Notes: generated from the sequence alone by a model not told the origin. A DNA stretch of 64,000 nt from Chloroflexota bacterium (GCA_040752335.1 JBFMEV010000011.1:7465-71464); one strand, 5' to 3'. Numbered from the stretch's first letter, positions 20,837 through 30,275 are shown. Made by a program: numbers and translations.

Positions 20837-21038
20837 GCTGCGCGTCACCCAGGTCAAGAGCACGATCAGCCACATCGCCCGGAACCGGGCCACGATCAAG
20901 GCCCTGGGGCTCCATGGCATCGGCAGCAGCGTCGAGGTCGTCGACAACGAGGCGACCCGGGGCATGGTCCGCCAGGTCCGGTTCCTCGTGACCGTCGAGG
21001 AGATCCCCGCCGCGGCCGGCAAGGAAGACGCGAGATGA
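20826..21038 (+). CDS. rpmD: 50S ribosomal protein L30
   Basis: GTG at 20826 overlaps the rpsE end. [59 protein letters not shown]. Confidence 0.8.
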   Translation: MPGRLRVTQVKSTISHIARNRATIKALGLHGIGSSVEVVDNEATRGMVRQVRFLVTVEEIPAAAGKEDAR

Positions 21039-21850
21039 AACTGCACGACCTGAAGCCTGCGCCGGGCTCCCACCGGGCGAAGACCCGCGTCGGTCGCGGC
21101 ATCGCGGCCGGCAAGGGCAAGACCGCCGGGCGTGGGACGAAGGGCCAGAAGGCCCGCGCCGGCGGGGGGATCCCGGCCTGGTTCGAGGGCGGCCAGACGC
21201 CGCTCCACCAGCGGATTCCGAAGCTCCGCGGGTTCAAGAATCCGTTCAAGATCGAGTACGAGGTCGTGAACGTCGGGGCGATCGCCGGCCTGGTCGAGCT
21301 GGGCCTGCTCGAGGCCGGCGAGATGCCCGGCGCCAGGAAGGCCAAGGGCGCCGCCCCGGCGCCGATCACCGTGAACCAGGAGATCCTCCGTGCCGCCGGT
21401 CTCGTCCGGTCGCTCGACAAGCCGATGAAGATCCTCGGCAACGGTGAGATCTCGACGGCCCTGTTCGTCGTCGCCGACCGGATCACCGCCTCCGCCCGGG
21501 CCAAGATCGAGGCCGCCGGCGGCAGCGTCTCGCTGCTGGAGGTTCCGACGCGGGCGATGCCGCCGATCGGTGTCGCCGGCGACCAGGTCGAGGCCGAGGC
21601 CGACGTCGAATCTGTCGCCGCGGTCGAGGCCGTGCCCGAGGCCGCGCCAGAGCTCGAGGCCGCGCCAGAGCTCGAGGCCACGCCCGGGTCCTCCGCCACC
21701 CCGGACGCGGTGTCCGCGCCGAAGCCCGCGACCCGCTCGAGGGCCAGGGCGAAGGCGGCCCCGACCCCGAAGTCCGATCCGACGGTGACCGCACCGGAGG
21801 CCGCGGCCGGCGACACCGCCGCCAGCGCCGATCAGCCCGCGGACGCCTGA
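21035..21850 (+). CDS. rplO: 50S ribosomal protein L15 with a ~125-aa A/P/E-rich C-terminal extension
   Basis: N-terminus [67 protein letters not shown] is canonical L15. The tail contains an 18-bp in-frame tandem (AAPELE x2). Confidence 0.88.
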   Translation: MKLHDLKPAPGSHRAKTRVGRGIAAGKGKTAGRGTKGQKARAGGGIPAWFEGGQTPLHQRIPKLRGFKNPFKIEYEVVNVGAIAGLVELGLLEAGEMPGARKAKGAAPAPITVNQEILRAAGLVRSLDKPMKILGNGEISTALFVVADRITASARAKIEAAGGSVSLLEVPTRAMPPIGVAGDQVEAEADVESVAAVEAVPEAAPELEAAPELEATPGSSATPDAVSAPKPATRSRARAKAAPTPKSDPTVTAPEAAAGDTAASADQPADA

Positions 21851-21853
21851 CCG

Positions 21854-23137
21854 GTGTTCGAATCGATCCTCAACGCCTTCCGGGCGCCGGACATCCGGCG
21901 CCGGATCCTGTTCGTCCTCGGGATCCTCGTCGTCTACCGGCTCCTGGCCCAGGTGCCCCTGCCGGGCGTGAACCGCGACGAGCTGGCGAGGTTCTTCGAG
22001 AACAACCAGGGCTTCCAGATCCTGGACCTGTTCGCCGGCGGCGGCCTGTCGTCGTTGTCGATCGTCGGCCTGACGATGAACCCCTACATCAACGCCTCGA
22101 TCATCATGCAGCTGATGCAGGGGGTCATCCCCTCGCTCCAGGCGCTGAGCCGTGAGGGCGAGTACGGCCGCCAGCGGCTGAACCAGTACACGCGCTACCT
22201 GACCGTCCCGATGGCCTTCCTCCAGGCCTTCGGCATCCTGTCGGCGCTGAACGCAAGCGGGATCATCATCGGCGGCTTCGGCCTCGGCAACGCCCTGTCG
22301 TGGGTCCAGATGGTGACGATGGTCGCCGGGGCGGTGGTCCTGATGTGGCTCGGCGAGCTCATCACCGAGAAGGGCATCGGCAACGGCATCAGCTTCATCA
22401 TCTTCGCCGGAATCGTCAGCCGCGCCCCGGCTGCCGTGGGCCAGCTCCTGACCGGTGGCCTGCCCCTTCGGGACATCGTCCTGTTCGCGGTCCTGGCGGT
22501 GGTCGCCGTCGGCGTGATCATCTACATCCAGGAGGGCCAGCGGCGGATCCCGATCCAGTACGCCAGCCGGGTCCGCGGCCGGCGGATGTACCAGGGCGGC
22601 CAGACGTTCCTGCCGCTGCGGGTCAACCTGGCCGGAGTGATCCCGATCATCTTCGCGATCTCGATCCTGCAGTTCCCGGCCCAGCTTGCCCTGTACTTCT
22701 CGTTCTCCACGGTCGAGGGCGTCAGGAACGTGGCCACCGCGATCGCCGGCTTCCTGTCGTCGACGACGATCCAGTACGCGATCATGTACTTCCTGCTGAC
22801 GGTGGGCTTCACATACTTCTACACGGCGTTCACCTTCAAGCCCGACGAGACGGCCGAGCAGCTCCGCAAGAACGGCGGCTTCATCCCCGGCATCCGGCCC
22901 GGCCGACCGACCCAGGACTACCTGGCCCGGGTCGTGTCCCGGATCACGATTGCCGGGGCCCTGTTCCTGGGAACCGTGGCCGTGGGCCCGGTCGTGGCCG
23001 GGGTCCTCGACCCCAACCTCGCCGGCGTCGCCCTCGGCGGCACGGGCCTCCTCATCGTCGTGTCTGTGGTCGTCGAGACGATGAAGCAGATCGAGGCGCA
23101 GCTGATGATGCGCAACTACGAAGGCTTCATCCGATGA
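21854..23137 (+). CDS. secY: Preprotein translocase subunit SecY
   Basis: 427 aa, 10 predicted TM segments. Conserved ...GGLSSLSIVGLTMNPYINASIIMQLM... Spc-operon terminal position. Confidence 0.93.
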   Translation: MFESILNAFRAPDIRRRILFVLGILVVYRLLAQVPLPGVNRDELARFFENNQGFQILDLFAGGGLSSLSIVGLTMNPYINASIIMQLMQGVIPSLQALSREGEYGRQRLNQYTRYLTVPMAFLQAFGILSALNASGIIIGGFGLGNALSWVQMVTMVAGAVVLMWLGELITEKGIGNGISFIIFAGIVSRAPAAVGQLLTGGLPLRDIVLFAVLAVVAVGVIIYIQEGQRRIPIQYASRVRGRRMYQGGQTFLPLRVNLAGVIPIIFAISILQFPAQLALYFSFSTVEGVRNVATAIAGFLSSTTIQYAIMYFLLTVGFTYFYTAFTFKPDETAEQLRKNGGFIPGIRPGRPTQDYLARVVSRITIAGALFLGTVAVGPVVAGVLDPNLAGVALGGTGLLIVVSVVVETMKQIEAQLMMRNYEGFIR

Positions 23138-23151
23138 TTGGGGCGCGCCGC

Positions 23152-23256
23152 CTGGCGGGCCATCGCGGCGTTGCCGCCTGTGCGCGCTCGCTCACGCACG
23201 TTGGAGTGCGCTCGCTCACGTGCTCGGCGGCGCCTTGCGCTGACCTCGCCATCCGG
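23152..23256 (-). repeat. Dispersed ~105-nt repeat element, copy A (inverted relative to copies B and C)
   Basis: Its reverse complement aligns without gaps to 28110..28214 at roughly 80% identity by eye. It shares the core CGCTCGCTCACG-CACGTTGGAGTG-CGCTCGCTCACG and the 5-bp hairpin CGCAC-N6-GTGCG. It occupies the secY-adk spacer. Confidence 0.75.
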
Positions 23257-23309
23257 CGCGCGACCGGCCCCGGATCGCCGGGGCTCGTCGTCCCAGGCGC
23301 GCCGGTGGC

Positions 23310-24011
23310 GTGACCCTCGTCGTTCTCCTCGGCGCACCCGGCGCTGGGAAAGGGACGCAGGCGGCGGTGCTGCGGGACCGCCTTGGGATCCCGCACATCG
23401 CGACGGGCGACCTGTTCCGGGCGGCCGTCCGCGACGCCACGCCGGTCGGTCTCGAGGCCAAGGGCTACATGGACGCGGGCCTGCTCGTCCCCGATGACGT
23501 CACGATCCGGCTCCTCGAGGAGCGCCTCGCCCGACCCGACGCCGCGGCCGGCGCGATCCTCGACGGCTTCCCCCGGACTGCGGTCCAGGCGCAGGCCCTC
23601 GATGCCTTCCTGGCGGGTCGCGGGGGCCGGGTCGATGCCGCGCTCCTCATCGAGGTGCCCGCCGAGGCCCTCGTCGCCCGGTTATCGGGTCGTTGGATCT
23701 GCCGCGCGGCCGGCCATCCCTACCACGAGACGACGAATCCGCCGCGAGTCGCGGGTATCTGCGACCTCGATGGCTCGCCCCTGTACCAGCGCGACGACGA
23801 CCGGCCCGAGACGATCCGGGCCCGCCTGGCGAGCCAGCTGGCCGACCTCGATGCGGTCGTGACCCACTACCGGGCGACCGGCGTCCTCCGCTCGGTGGAC
23901 GGCCTTCGGCCGATCGACGAGGTCTCCGCCGGCCTGCTCGCGGCGCTGGCCGCCCGCTCGGCGACGGGCGCATCCTCGGGCGCGTCCACGGGACGGGCTC
24001 GATCGTGGTGA
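23310..24011 (+). CDS. adk: Adenylate kinase with an extended C-terminus
   Basis: GTG start. P-loop LLGAPGAGKGTQA. LID-region motifs are present. Confidence 0.88.
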   Translation: MTLVVLLGAPGAGKGTQAAVLRDRLGIPHIATGDLFRAAVRDATPVGLEAKGYMDAGLLVPDDVTIRLLEERLARPDAAAGAILDGFPRTAVQAQALDAFLAGRGGRVDAALLIEVPAEALVARLSGRWICRAAGHPYHETTNPPRVAGICDLDGSPLYQRDDDRPETIRARLASQLADLDAVVTHYRATGVLRSVDGLRPIDEVSAGLLAALAARSATGASSGASTGRARSW

Positions 24012-24781
24012 CCCGCAAGTCGCGGCGCGAGATCGAACAGATGCGGCGCGCCGGGCGGGTCGTGGCCGAGGTCCTGGCACTGGTCGAGGAGGAGCTCCGA
24101 CCCGGCGTTTCGACCGGTCGGCTGGACCGCCTGGCCGAGGATCACATCCGGGCCTCGGGCGGCATCCCGTCGTTCAAGGGCTACCTCGGCGGCGGCCGCT
24201 ACGGCCGCGGTCCCAAGGCCTTTCCGGCGAGCACCTGCATCTCGATCGACAGCGAGGTCGTCCACGGCATCCCCGGCGACCGGGTCGTCCGCGACGGCCA
24301 GATCGTCTCGGTCGATGTCGGCGCGATCGTTGACGGCTGGCACGGCGACGCCGCCCGGACCTTCGTCGTCGGGGACGCGTCGCCCGAGGTGACCGAGCTC
24401 GTGACCTCGACCCGGCTGGCCCTGATGGCCGGGATCCGCGCCTCGGTCGCCGGCAATCGCATCGGCGACATCTCGGCGGCGGTCGAGGACATCGGCCGCG
24501 AGCATGGTTACGGGATCGTCCGCCAGTTCGTCGGCCACGGCATCGGGACCGAGATGCACCAGGACCCCCAGGTCCCGAACTACCGGACCGGCGCGCGGGG
24601 GATCGAGCTCCAGCCAGGCATCTGCCTGGCCATCGAGCCGATGTTCACCCTCGGCGGCGACGAGGTCGCGGTCCTGCCCGACCTCTGGACCGTGGTCACG
24701 GCCGACGGCTCGCTGGCAGCCCACTTCGAGCACACGATCGCCGTGACGGACAATGGCCCGGAGATCCTGACGAGTGTCTGA
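24005..24781 (+). CDS. map: Methionine aminopeptidase type I
   Basis: GTG 24005 overlaps the adk stop. VVTRKSRREIEQMRRAGRVVAEVL... and FVGHGIGTEMHQDPQVPNY are MetAP motifs. About 258 aa. Confidence 0.88.
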   Translation: MVTRKSRREIEQMRRAGRVVAEVLALVEEELRPGVSTGRLDRLAEDHIRASGGIPSFKGYLGGGRYGRGPKAFPASTCISIDSEVVHGIPGDRVVRDGQIVSVDVGAIVDGWHGDAARTFVVGDASPEVTELVTSTRLALMAGIRASVAGNRIGDISAAVEDIGREHGYGIVRQFVGHGIGTEMHQDPQVPNYRTGARGIELQPGICLAIEPMFTLGGDEVAVLPDLWTVVTADGSLAAHFEHTIAVTDNGPEILTSV

Positions 24782-24797
24782 GGGCGCTCGCCGCCGG

Positions 24798-24827
24798 TTG
24801 CCGGAACAACAGCAGTTCTGATACGCT
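24798..24827 (+). promoter_or_regulatory. Candidate internal sigma-70-like promoter upstream of infA (TTGCCG-N17-ATACGCT)
   Basis: Hexamer-like elements with 17-nt spacing lie in the 109-nt map-infA gap. This is a sequence-only prediction. Confidence 0.3.
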
Positions 24828-24890
24828 ACGCGTTCGTGTGTCGGCCCGCCGGGCCGGCACTCGCCGTGAGAAAGGGACACACCACCGCCC

Positions 24891-25109
24891 GTGGCCAAGC
24901 GAGACGCGATCGAAGTCGAAGGGACGGTCCTCGAGCCGCTCCCGAACACCATGTTCGCGGTCGAGCTGGAGAACGGCCACCGCGTGCTGGCCCACATCTC
25001 CGGCAAGCTCCGGATGAACTTCATCCGGATCCTGCCGGGCGACCGAGTCAGGGTCGAGCTGTCGCCGTACGACCTGACCCGCGGTCGGATCACGTACCGA
25101 CTGAAGTAA
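24891..25109 (+). CDS. infA: Translation initiation factor IF-1
   Basis: 72 aa, GTG start. [70 protein letters not shown]. Confidence 0.92.
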   Translation: MAKRDAIEVEGTVLEPLPNTMFAVELENGHRVLAHISGKLRMNFIRILPGDRVRVELSPYDLTRGRITYRLK

Positions 25110-25169
25110 GAGCATCGTTCGGCCGCCCCCGCCCCGGCGGTGGCCGAACCCACAGGCACCGAGGATCCG

Positions 25170-25283
25170 TTGAAAGTCAGAGCTTCCATCAAGGCGCGCT
25201 GCGACAACTGCAAGGTGATTCGCCGCCACGGGACCGTGATGGTCATCTGCACCAACCCGAAGCACAAGCAGCGGCAGGGATAG
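25170..25283 (+). CDS. rpmJ: 50S ribosomal protein L36 (37 aa, zinc-ribbon form). The short ORF is not in the supplied track
   Basis: Manual translation from TTG 25170: (M)[36 protein letters not shown], stop TAG 25281-25283. Canonical position between infA and rpsM. Confidence 0.8.
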   Translation: MKVRASIKARCDNCKVIRRHGTVMVICTNPKHKQRQG

Positions 25284-25289
25284 CAGCCG

Positions 25290-25667
25290 ATGGCACGAAT
25301 CGCCGGCGTCGACATTCCCCGCGAGAAGCGGGTCGAGGTCGCCCTCACCTACATCTACGGAATCGGGCTGCCCACCGCCCAGAAGATCCTCACCCAGACC
25401 AACGTCAACGCCGACACCCGGGTCCGGGACCTCACGGAGGAGCAGGTCAACCGCCTTCGCGAGCTCATCGACCGGCGCTACAAGGTGGAGGGCGATCTTC
25501 GCCGCGAGGTGGCGCTCAACGTCAAGCGACTGATCGAGATCGGCTCGTACCGCGGCCTCCGCCATCGGCGGAACCTGCCGGTTCGGGGCCAGCGAACCAA
25601 GACGAATGCCCGGCAGCGGCGCGGACCCAAGCGGACGGTCGGCGCACGACGCAAGGCGACGAAGTAG
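25290..25667 (+). CDS. rpsM: 30S ribosomal protein S13
   Basis: 125 aa, [34 protein letters not shown].... Confidence 0.92.
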   Translation: MARIAGVDIPREKRVEVALTYIYGIGLPTAQKILTQTNVNADTRVRDLTEEQVNRLRELIDRRYKVEGDLRREVALNVKRLIEIGSYRGLRHRRNLPVRGQRTKTNARQRRGPKRTVGARRKATK

Positions 25668-25688
25668 TGACGAGGTACAGCAGGACGC

Positions 25689-26084
25689 ATGGCTGAGCGG
25701 AAGCGGGCCGTCAGGCAGCGTCGTCGGGAGCGGAAGAACGTCCCCCAGGGGCACGTCCACGTCCAGGCGTCGTTCAACAACACGATCATCACGATCACCG
25801 ATCCGGCCGGGGCCGTGATCAGCTGGGGCTCCGCCGGCGTGGCCGGCTTCAAGGGCTCTCGCAAGAGCACGCCCTACGCCGCCGCCATGTCGGCCGACAT
25901 CGCCGCCCGCAAGGCGATGGAGCACGGCATGCGTCAGGTCGAGGTCTACGTGAAGGGTCCCGGCGCCGGTCGGGAGCAGGCCATCCGCTCGCTCCAGACG
26001 GCCGGCCTGGAGGTCACCGCGATCACCGACGTCACGCCCATCCCGCACAACGGCTGCCGCCCGCCCAAGCGGCGCCGGGTCTGA
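25689..26084 (+). CDS. rpsK: 30S ribosomal protein S11
   Basis: 131 aa, ...[45 protein letters not shown].... Confidence 0.92.
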   Translation: MAERKRAVRQRRRERKNVPQGHVHVQASFNNTIITITDPAGAVISWGSAGVAGFKGSRKSTPYAAAMSADIAARKAMEHGMRQVEVYVKGPGAGREQAIRSLQTAGLEVTAITDVTPIPHNGCRPPKRRRV

Positions 26085-26098
26085 GGGGAGGCGATCGC

Positions 26099-26725
26099 AT
26101 GGCCCGCTACACAGGATCCGTCTGCCGGCTCTGCCGCCGCGAGGGCACCAAGCTGTTCCTCAAGGGCACCCGCTGCTACACCAAGAAGTGCGCCTTCGAG
26201 CGCCGCCCCAGCCCGCCCGGCCAGCACGGCGTTCGGCGCCGCAAGATGGGTGACTTCGGCATCCAGCTGCGCGAGAAGCAGAAGGTCCGCCGCGTCTACT
26301 CCGTCCTCGAGCGGCAGTTCCGCAACTACTTCGTCGAAGCCGGCAACCGCGAGGGCGTGACCGGCGAGAACCTCCTCCGGTTCCTCGAGACCCGCCTCGA
26401 CAACGTCGTCTTCCGGCTCGGCTTCGCGACCTCTCGGGCCCAGGCCCGCCAGCTCGTGGCCCACGGCCACTTCGCGGTCAACGGCACGCCGACCGACGTC
26501 CCGTCGTTCGAGGTCAAGCCCGGCGACCGGATCGAGGTCCGCGAGTCGCGCCGCGATCGCGAGCCGTTCAAGCTCGCCAAGGAGACGCTCCGGTCCCACC
26601 AGGCCCCGGAGTGGCTCAGCCTGGAGCCGGCCCGCCTGGCGGGCTCCGTCCTCAGCCTGCCCCGCCGCGACCAGATGCCGCTCGACCTCAACGAGCAGCT
26701 CGTGGTCGAGTTCTACTCGAGGTAA
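26099..26725 (+). CDS. rpsD: 30S ribosomal protein S4
   Basis: 208 aa, MARYTGSVCRLCRREGTKLFLKGTRCYTKKCAFERR... with a zinc finger. Confidence 0.92.
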   Translation: MARYTGSVCRLCRREGTKLFLKGTRCYTKKCAFERRPSPPGQHGVRRRKMGDFGIQLREKQKVRRVYSVLERQFRNYFVEAGNREGVTGENLLRFLETRLDNVVFRLGFATSRAQARQLVAHGHFAVNGTPTDVPSFEVKPGDRIEVRESRRDREPFKLAKETLRSHQAPEWLSLEPARLAGSVLSLPRRDQMPLDLNEQLVVEFYSR

Positions 26726-26734
26726 CCCGAACCC

Positions 26735-27736
26735 ATGATCGAACTCGAGAGCCCGCAGATCGAGCCCGTCGAGGAAGTCGGCACGTACGCCAAGTACGAG
26801 GCCGGCCCTCTCCAGGCCGGCTACGGCGTCACCCTCGGCAACGCGCTCCGGCGTGTCCTCCTGTCGTCGCTCGAGGGTGCCGCGGTCACGTCCATCCAGA
26901 TCCGGGACGTGTACCAGGAGTTCTCGACGATCCCGGGCGTCAAGGAGGACGTCACCCAGATCGTCCTGAACGTCAAGAAGCTGCGCCTCAAGAGCTTTGC
27001 GACCCATCCCGTCCAGCTGAGGATCACCAAGAGCGGCGCCGGCCCGGTCCTGGCCGCCGACCTCATGGAGTCGGCCGACGTCGAGATCGTCAACCCGGAC
27101 CTGGTCCTCATGACCCTCGACTCGGACGACGTGACGATCGAGATGGACCTGACCGTCGAGCGCGGCGTGGGCTACCTCGGCGCGGAGCGCTCCGAGGCCC
27201 TCCCGATCGGGGTCATCGCCGTCGACGCCATCTTCACCCCGGTCCGGAAGGTCAACTACTGGGTCGAGAGCATGCGCGTCGGCCAGGTCACGAACTTCGA
27301 CAAGCTGACGATCGAGATCGAGACGGACGGCACGATCGGCCCGGAGGAGTCGCTGAGCCGCGCGGCCGGGATCCTGGTCGAGCAATTCCGACCGTTCATC
27401 ACCATCGGCCAGGCGGCGATGCCCGGCGATCGAGCCGGGGCCGGCGTCCCGCAGCTCCCGCCGAACATGCTCGACATGCCGATCGAGGAGCTCGACCTGC
27501 CGATGCGGGCCTACAACTCGCTGAAGCGCAACAACATCGTCAAGGTCGGCCAGCTCCTCCAGCTCAAGGATGACGACCTGCTCCGGATGCGCAACTTCGG
27601 CAAGAAGTCGCTCGACGAGATGAAGGAGCGCCTCCGGATGCGCGGCTTCATCCTGCCCGAGACCGAGCCATCGGCCTTCGAGGGCGACGGCGAGCTCGAC
27701 GGGGTCGACGTCGAGGCCGAGGCCGAGGACGCCTGA
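26735..27736 (+). CDS. rpoA: DNA-directed RNA polymerase alpha subunit
   Basis: 333 aa. NTD ...YGVTLGNALRRVLLSSLEGAAVTSIQI. CTD ...LDLPMRAYNSLKRNNIVKVGQLLQLKDDDLLRMRNFGKKSLDE. Confidence 0.93.
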   Translation: MIELESPQIEPVEEVGTYAKYEAGPLQAGYGVTLGNALRRVLLSSLEGAAVTSIQIRDVYQEFSTIPGVKEDVTQIVLNVKKLRLKSFATHPVQLRITKSGAGPVLAADLMESADVEIVNPDLVLMTLDSDDVTIEMDLTVERGVGYLGAERSEALPIGVIAVDAIFTPVRKVNYWVESMRVGQVTNFDKLTIEIETDGTIGPEESLSRAAGILVEQFRPFITIGQAAMPGDRAGAGVPQLPPNMLDMPIEELDLPMRAYNSLKRNNIVKVGQLLQLKDDDLLRMRNFGKKSLDEMKERLRMRGFILPETEPSAFEGDGELDGVDVEAEAEDA

Positions 27737-27737
27737 C

Positions 27738-28091
27738 ATGGCGCACCGCGTCGATGGTCGAAAGCTCAGCCGCAAGACGGGCCCGCGACTGGCCCTCTTC
27801 AAGAACCTGACCGTCTCGGTCCTCCGCTACGAGCGGATCAAGACGACCGAGGCCAAGGCCAAGGAGGTCCAGGGCCGCGTCGAGCGGGTGATCACGCTCG
27901 CGAAGCAGGGGGACCTTGCGGCACGTCGCCGGGTCGTCTCGGAGTTCCCGAACGAGCCGCTCGTCGTGACCAAGCTGTTCGACGAGATCGCCCCGAAGTA
28001 CGCCGATCGGACGTCCGGCTACACCCGGATCGTCAAGATCGGCCAGCGCTCGGGCGACGCCGCCGAAATCGTTCAAATCGAGCTGGTGTAA
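27738..28091 (+). CDS. rplQ: 50S ribosomal protein L17
   Basis: 117 aa, MAHRVDGRKLSRKTGPRLALFKNLTVSVLRYERIKTTEAKAKEV.... Confidence 0.92.
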   Translation: MAHRVDGRKLSRKTGPRLALFKNLTVSVLRYERIKTTEAKAKEVQGRVERVITLAKQGDLAARRRVVSEFPNEPLVVTKLFDEIAPKYADRTSGYTRIVKIGQRSGDAAEIVQIELV

Positions 28092-28109
28092 TTGGCACGC
28101 TGAGCAGGT

Positions 28110-28214
28110 CGTCGTCGCTGGGCCGAGGTCAGCCCAAGGCGGCGCGGAGCACGCGAGCGAGCGCACTCCAACGTGCGTGAGCGAACGAGCGGACGCGCCA
28201 ACGCAGGGATGGCC
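28110..28214 (+). repeat. Dispersed ~105-nt repeat element, copy B, between rplQ and truA; its 3' end contains the truA ATG
   Basis: Gap-free alignment to the reverse complement of 23152..23256 and to 19795..19894. It ends ...GCGCCAACGCAGGGATGGCCCGG. Confidence 0.75.
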
Positions 28215-29018
28215 CGGCTGAGCGACGACCCAACTGGCGCCCGAGAGGGCGCCCCGACGCGCTATGTCGCGACGGTTGAATACGACGGCACGGACTTTGC
28301 CGGGTTCCAGCTTCAACCTGGGGCCCGGACCGTCCAGGGGGCGCTGGAGGCGGCGCTGGCCACTCTCTCGGGAGGGGTCCGGCAGCCCGTCGACGGCGCC
28401 GGTCGGACGGACGCCGGGGTCCACGCGACGGGGCAGGTCATCGCCTTCTCCTACGCGGGGCGCCTCTCGGCGGCCGAGCTGACCGAGGCCCTCAACGGCC
28501 TGCTCCCGCCGGATGTCGCGGTACGCGACGTCCGACAGGCAGCCCGGGGCTTCCACCCTCGCTACGCGGCGCGGTACCGGGAGTACCGCTACACCGTCTG
28601 GAACGGGCCGCGGAGCCCGCTCCGGGAGCGCACGGCGCTCCGGGTGCGGACCCCCCTGGACGTGGACGCGATGGCGCGAGCCGCGACGGCCTTCGAGGGC
28701 CGGCACGACTTCAGCGCCTTCGGCGGGGCCGATCCGCAGCCGATCCGGACCGTCCATCGGGTCCGGGTCCGGCGGCGGGGCGACCTCGTCGAGATCGACG
28801 TCCGGGCCGACGCCTTTCTGCGAGGGATGGTCCGGCGGATGGTCGCCGCTCTCCTAGCGGTGGGGGCGGGCAGGCAAGATGAGCGAGCGGTCGTCGCGGC
28901 CCTGGCCGAACGACGACCGGCCCTCGACGGGGCAGCCGCCCCGGCGAAGGGGCTGTGCCTCCGCCGCGTCGTCATGGGACGGGGCGAACGGAGCAACGGA
29001 GAGAACGAGGAACGATGA
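28209..29018 (+). CDS. truA: tRNA pseudouridine(38-40) synthase
   Basis: ...[21 protein letters not shown]... and the catalytic-region [16 protein letters not shown] are present. ATG 28209 is the only canonical in-frame start besides GTG 28173, which lies inside the repeat hairpin. Confidence 0.85.
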   Translation: MARLSDDPTGAREGAPTRYVATVEYDGTDFAGFQLQPGARTVQGALEAALATLSGGVRQPVDGAGRTDAGVHATGQVIAFSYAGRLSAAELTEALNGLLPPDVAVRDVRQAARGFHPRYAARYREYRYTVWNGPRSPLRERTALRVRTPLDVDAMARAATAFEGRHDFSAFGGADPQPIRTVHRVRVRRRGDLVEIDVRADAFLRGMVRRMVAALLAVGAGRQDERAVVAALAERRPALDGAAAPAKGLCLRRVVMGRGERSNGENEER

Positions 29019-29446
29019 ACGCCAAGACCTACACGGTCCGGGAGAGCGAGATCGAGCGACGCTGGTTCGTCGTGGACGCGACGGGCCAGACCCTCGGCCG
29101 CCTCGCGACCCAGGTCGCCCGTGTTCTCTCGGGCAAGCACAAGCCGACCTACACCCAGCACCTCGACACCGGCGACCACGTGATCGTCCTGAACGCTTCG
29201 AAGGTGGCGGTCAGCCGCGACAAGGTGGAGAGCAAGCTCTACATCCGCCACAGCGGCCACCCCCAGGGCTACAAGGAGGAGTCGCTCGGCAAGCTCCTGG
29301 AGCGCCGGCCGGAGGAGGTCGTCCGGCGGGCCGTCAAGGGCATGCTGCCGCGAACGCGGCTGGGGGCCCAGCAGCTCAGGAAGCTCAAGATCTACGCCGG
29401 CAACGATCATCCCCATCAGGCCCAGCGGCCTGAGCCGCTCGCCTGA
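29015..29446 (+). CDS. rplM: 50S ribosomal protein L13
   Basis: ATG 29015 overlaps the truA stop. [47 protein letters not shown]... 143 aa. Confidence 0.92.
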   Translation: MNAKTYTVRESEIERRWFVVDATGQTLGRLATQVARVLSGKHKPTYTQHLDTGDHVIVLNASKVAVSRDKVESKLYIRHSGHPQGYKEESLGKLLERRPEEVVRRAVKGMLPRTRLGAQQLRKLKIYAGNDHPHQAQRPEPLA

Positions 29447-29463
29447 CGGAGGAGCCAGCGACG

Positions 29464-29862
29464 ATGTCCACGCCCACCTTCAACTCCGGCACCGGCCGCC
29501 GCAAGACCGCCGTTGCCCGTGTCCGTCTCCTGCCCGGCGAGGGCGAGATCGTCGTCAACGGCCGCTCGCTCGCCGAGCATTTCGGGAACGCCATCGACGA
29601 GGCCGACGTCCGCCTGCCGTTCCGGGTCACCGGCACGGAGGGCCGCTTCAACGCCATGATCAAGATCGAGGGTGGCGGTGTCACCGGCCAGGCCGGCGCC
29701 ATCCGCCACGGCATCGCCCGGGCCCTCCTGGAGCTCGATCCCGACGGCCACCGGCTGCCGCTCCGCCAGGCCGGCCTCCTGACCCGCGATCCGCGGATGA
29801 AGGAGCGCAAGAAGTACGGGCTCAAGCGGGCCCGCAAGGCCCCCCAGTACACCAAGCGGTAG
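29464..29862 (+). CDS. rpsI: 30S ribosomal protein S9
   Basis: 132 aa, ...[27 protein letters not shown]...[17 protein letters not shown]. Confidence 0.92.
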   Translation: MSTPTFNSGTGRRKTAVARVRLLPGEGEIVVNGRSLAEHFGNAIDEADVRLPFRVTGTEGRFNAMIKIEGGGVTGQAGAIRHGIARALLELDPDGHRLPLRQAGLLTRDPRMKERKKYGLKRARKAPQYTKR

Positions 29863-29884
29863 TCGCCGCCGGCTGACGGCCGAC

Positions 29885-29915
29885 CGCGTGCGTTTGCAGC
29901 CCGCACGCGCTCGCT
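29885..29915 (+). terminator. Candidate intrinsic terminator hairpin after rpsI (8-bp stem CGCGTGCG/CGCACGCG, 9-nt loop, no U-tract)
   Basis: Inverted repeat read directly from the sequence, 23 nt after the rpsI stop. The absence of a U-tract is common in high-GC genomes but lowers confidence. Confidence 0.3.
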
Positions 29916-29933
29916 TGACCCCGTCCTGGCCGA

Positions 29934-30020
29934 TTTCATCCCGCTCCTCGACGCGACCGTCGCAGCGTGCGCCGAGCACGTGGCGAATCGCGTTACGCTC
30001 GTCCCATGGCTGGCGACGGC
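29934..30020 (+). repeat. Probable internally deleted copy D of the same element, upstream of and overlapping the start of a hypothetical ORF
   Basis: The 5' part GCGCCGAGCACGTGGCGAATCGCG resembles copy B's GCGCGGAGCACGCGAGCGAGCGCA. The 3' part CCATGGCTGGCGACGGC resembles GGATGGCCCGGCTGAGCGACGAC. The central hairpin is missing. Confidence 0.4.
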
Positions 30021-30275
30021 CCAGTGCAACGAACCGGACTCCTGGTCCACCACACCTATGACTTCGGTCCAATGGTGCACTTCGTGTTCAGGTGCCGCGG
30101 GCGGGACCGGCTCGATCAGGTCGCCGCCTCGATGGAGGTCAGTGACGCTCGTTTCTGGCTCCTCGGCGACCTCCCCACGCCCATCTCGGACTTCACGGAG
30201 CGTCGCATCCGGGATGCTGTTCTCGAGGGCCCGGTCCACGTCGAGCGCGTCGCCAGCCGCCAGTGGCGAGACTGA
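30006..30275 (+). CDS. Hypothetical protein, ~89-102 aa; start is either ATG 30006 or GTG 29967
   Basis: ORF 29967..30275. Its composition is balanced (MAGDGPVQRTGLLVHHTYDFGPMVHFVFRCRGRDRLDQVAASMEV...), unlike the R/S/P-rich overlapping alternative frame. It fills an otherwise empty 497-nt rpsI-argF gap. No recognisable family, no clear SD. Confidence 0.4.
   Translation: MAGDGPVQRTGLLVHHTYDFGPMVHFVFRCRGRDRLDQVAASMEVSDARFWLLGDLPTPISDFTERRIRDAVLEGPVHVERVASRQWRD

Noticed and set aside
28173-28175. GTG 28173 as the truA start (as in the supplied track ORF)
   Set aside because: It lies inside the conserved hairpin of repeat copy B and has no SD. ATG 28209 at the element's 3' end is retained instead, though it too has no SD.
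28092-28208. L17 downstream element (L17DE) RNA motif after rplQ
   Set aside because: That motif is described for Lactobacillales/Listeria. Here the sequence is instead one copy of a dispersed repeat also found after rplF and secY, which argues for a repeat family rather than an L17-specific 3'UTR element.
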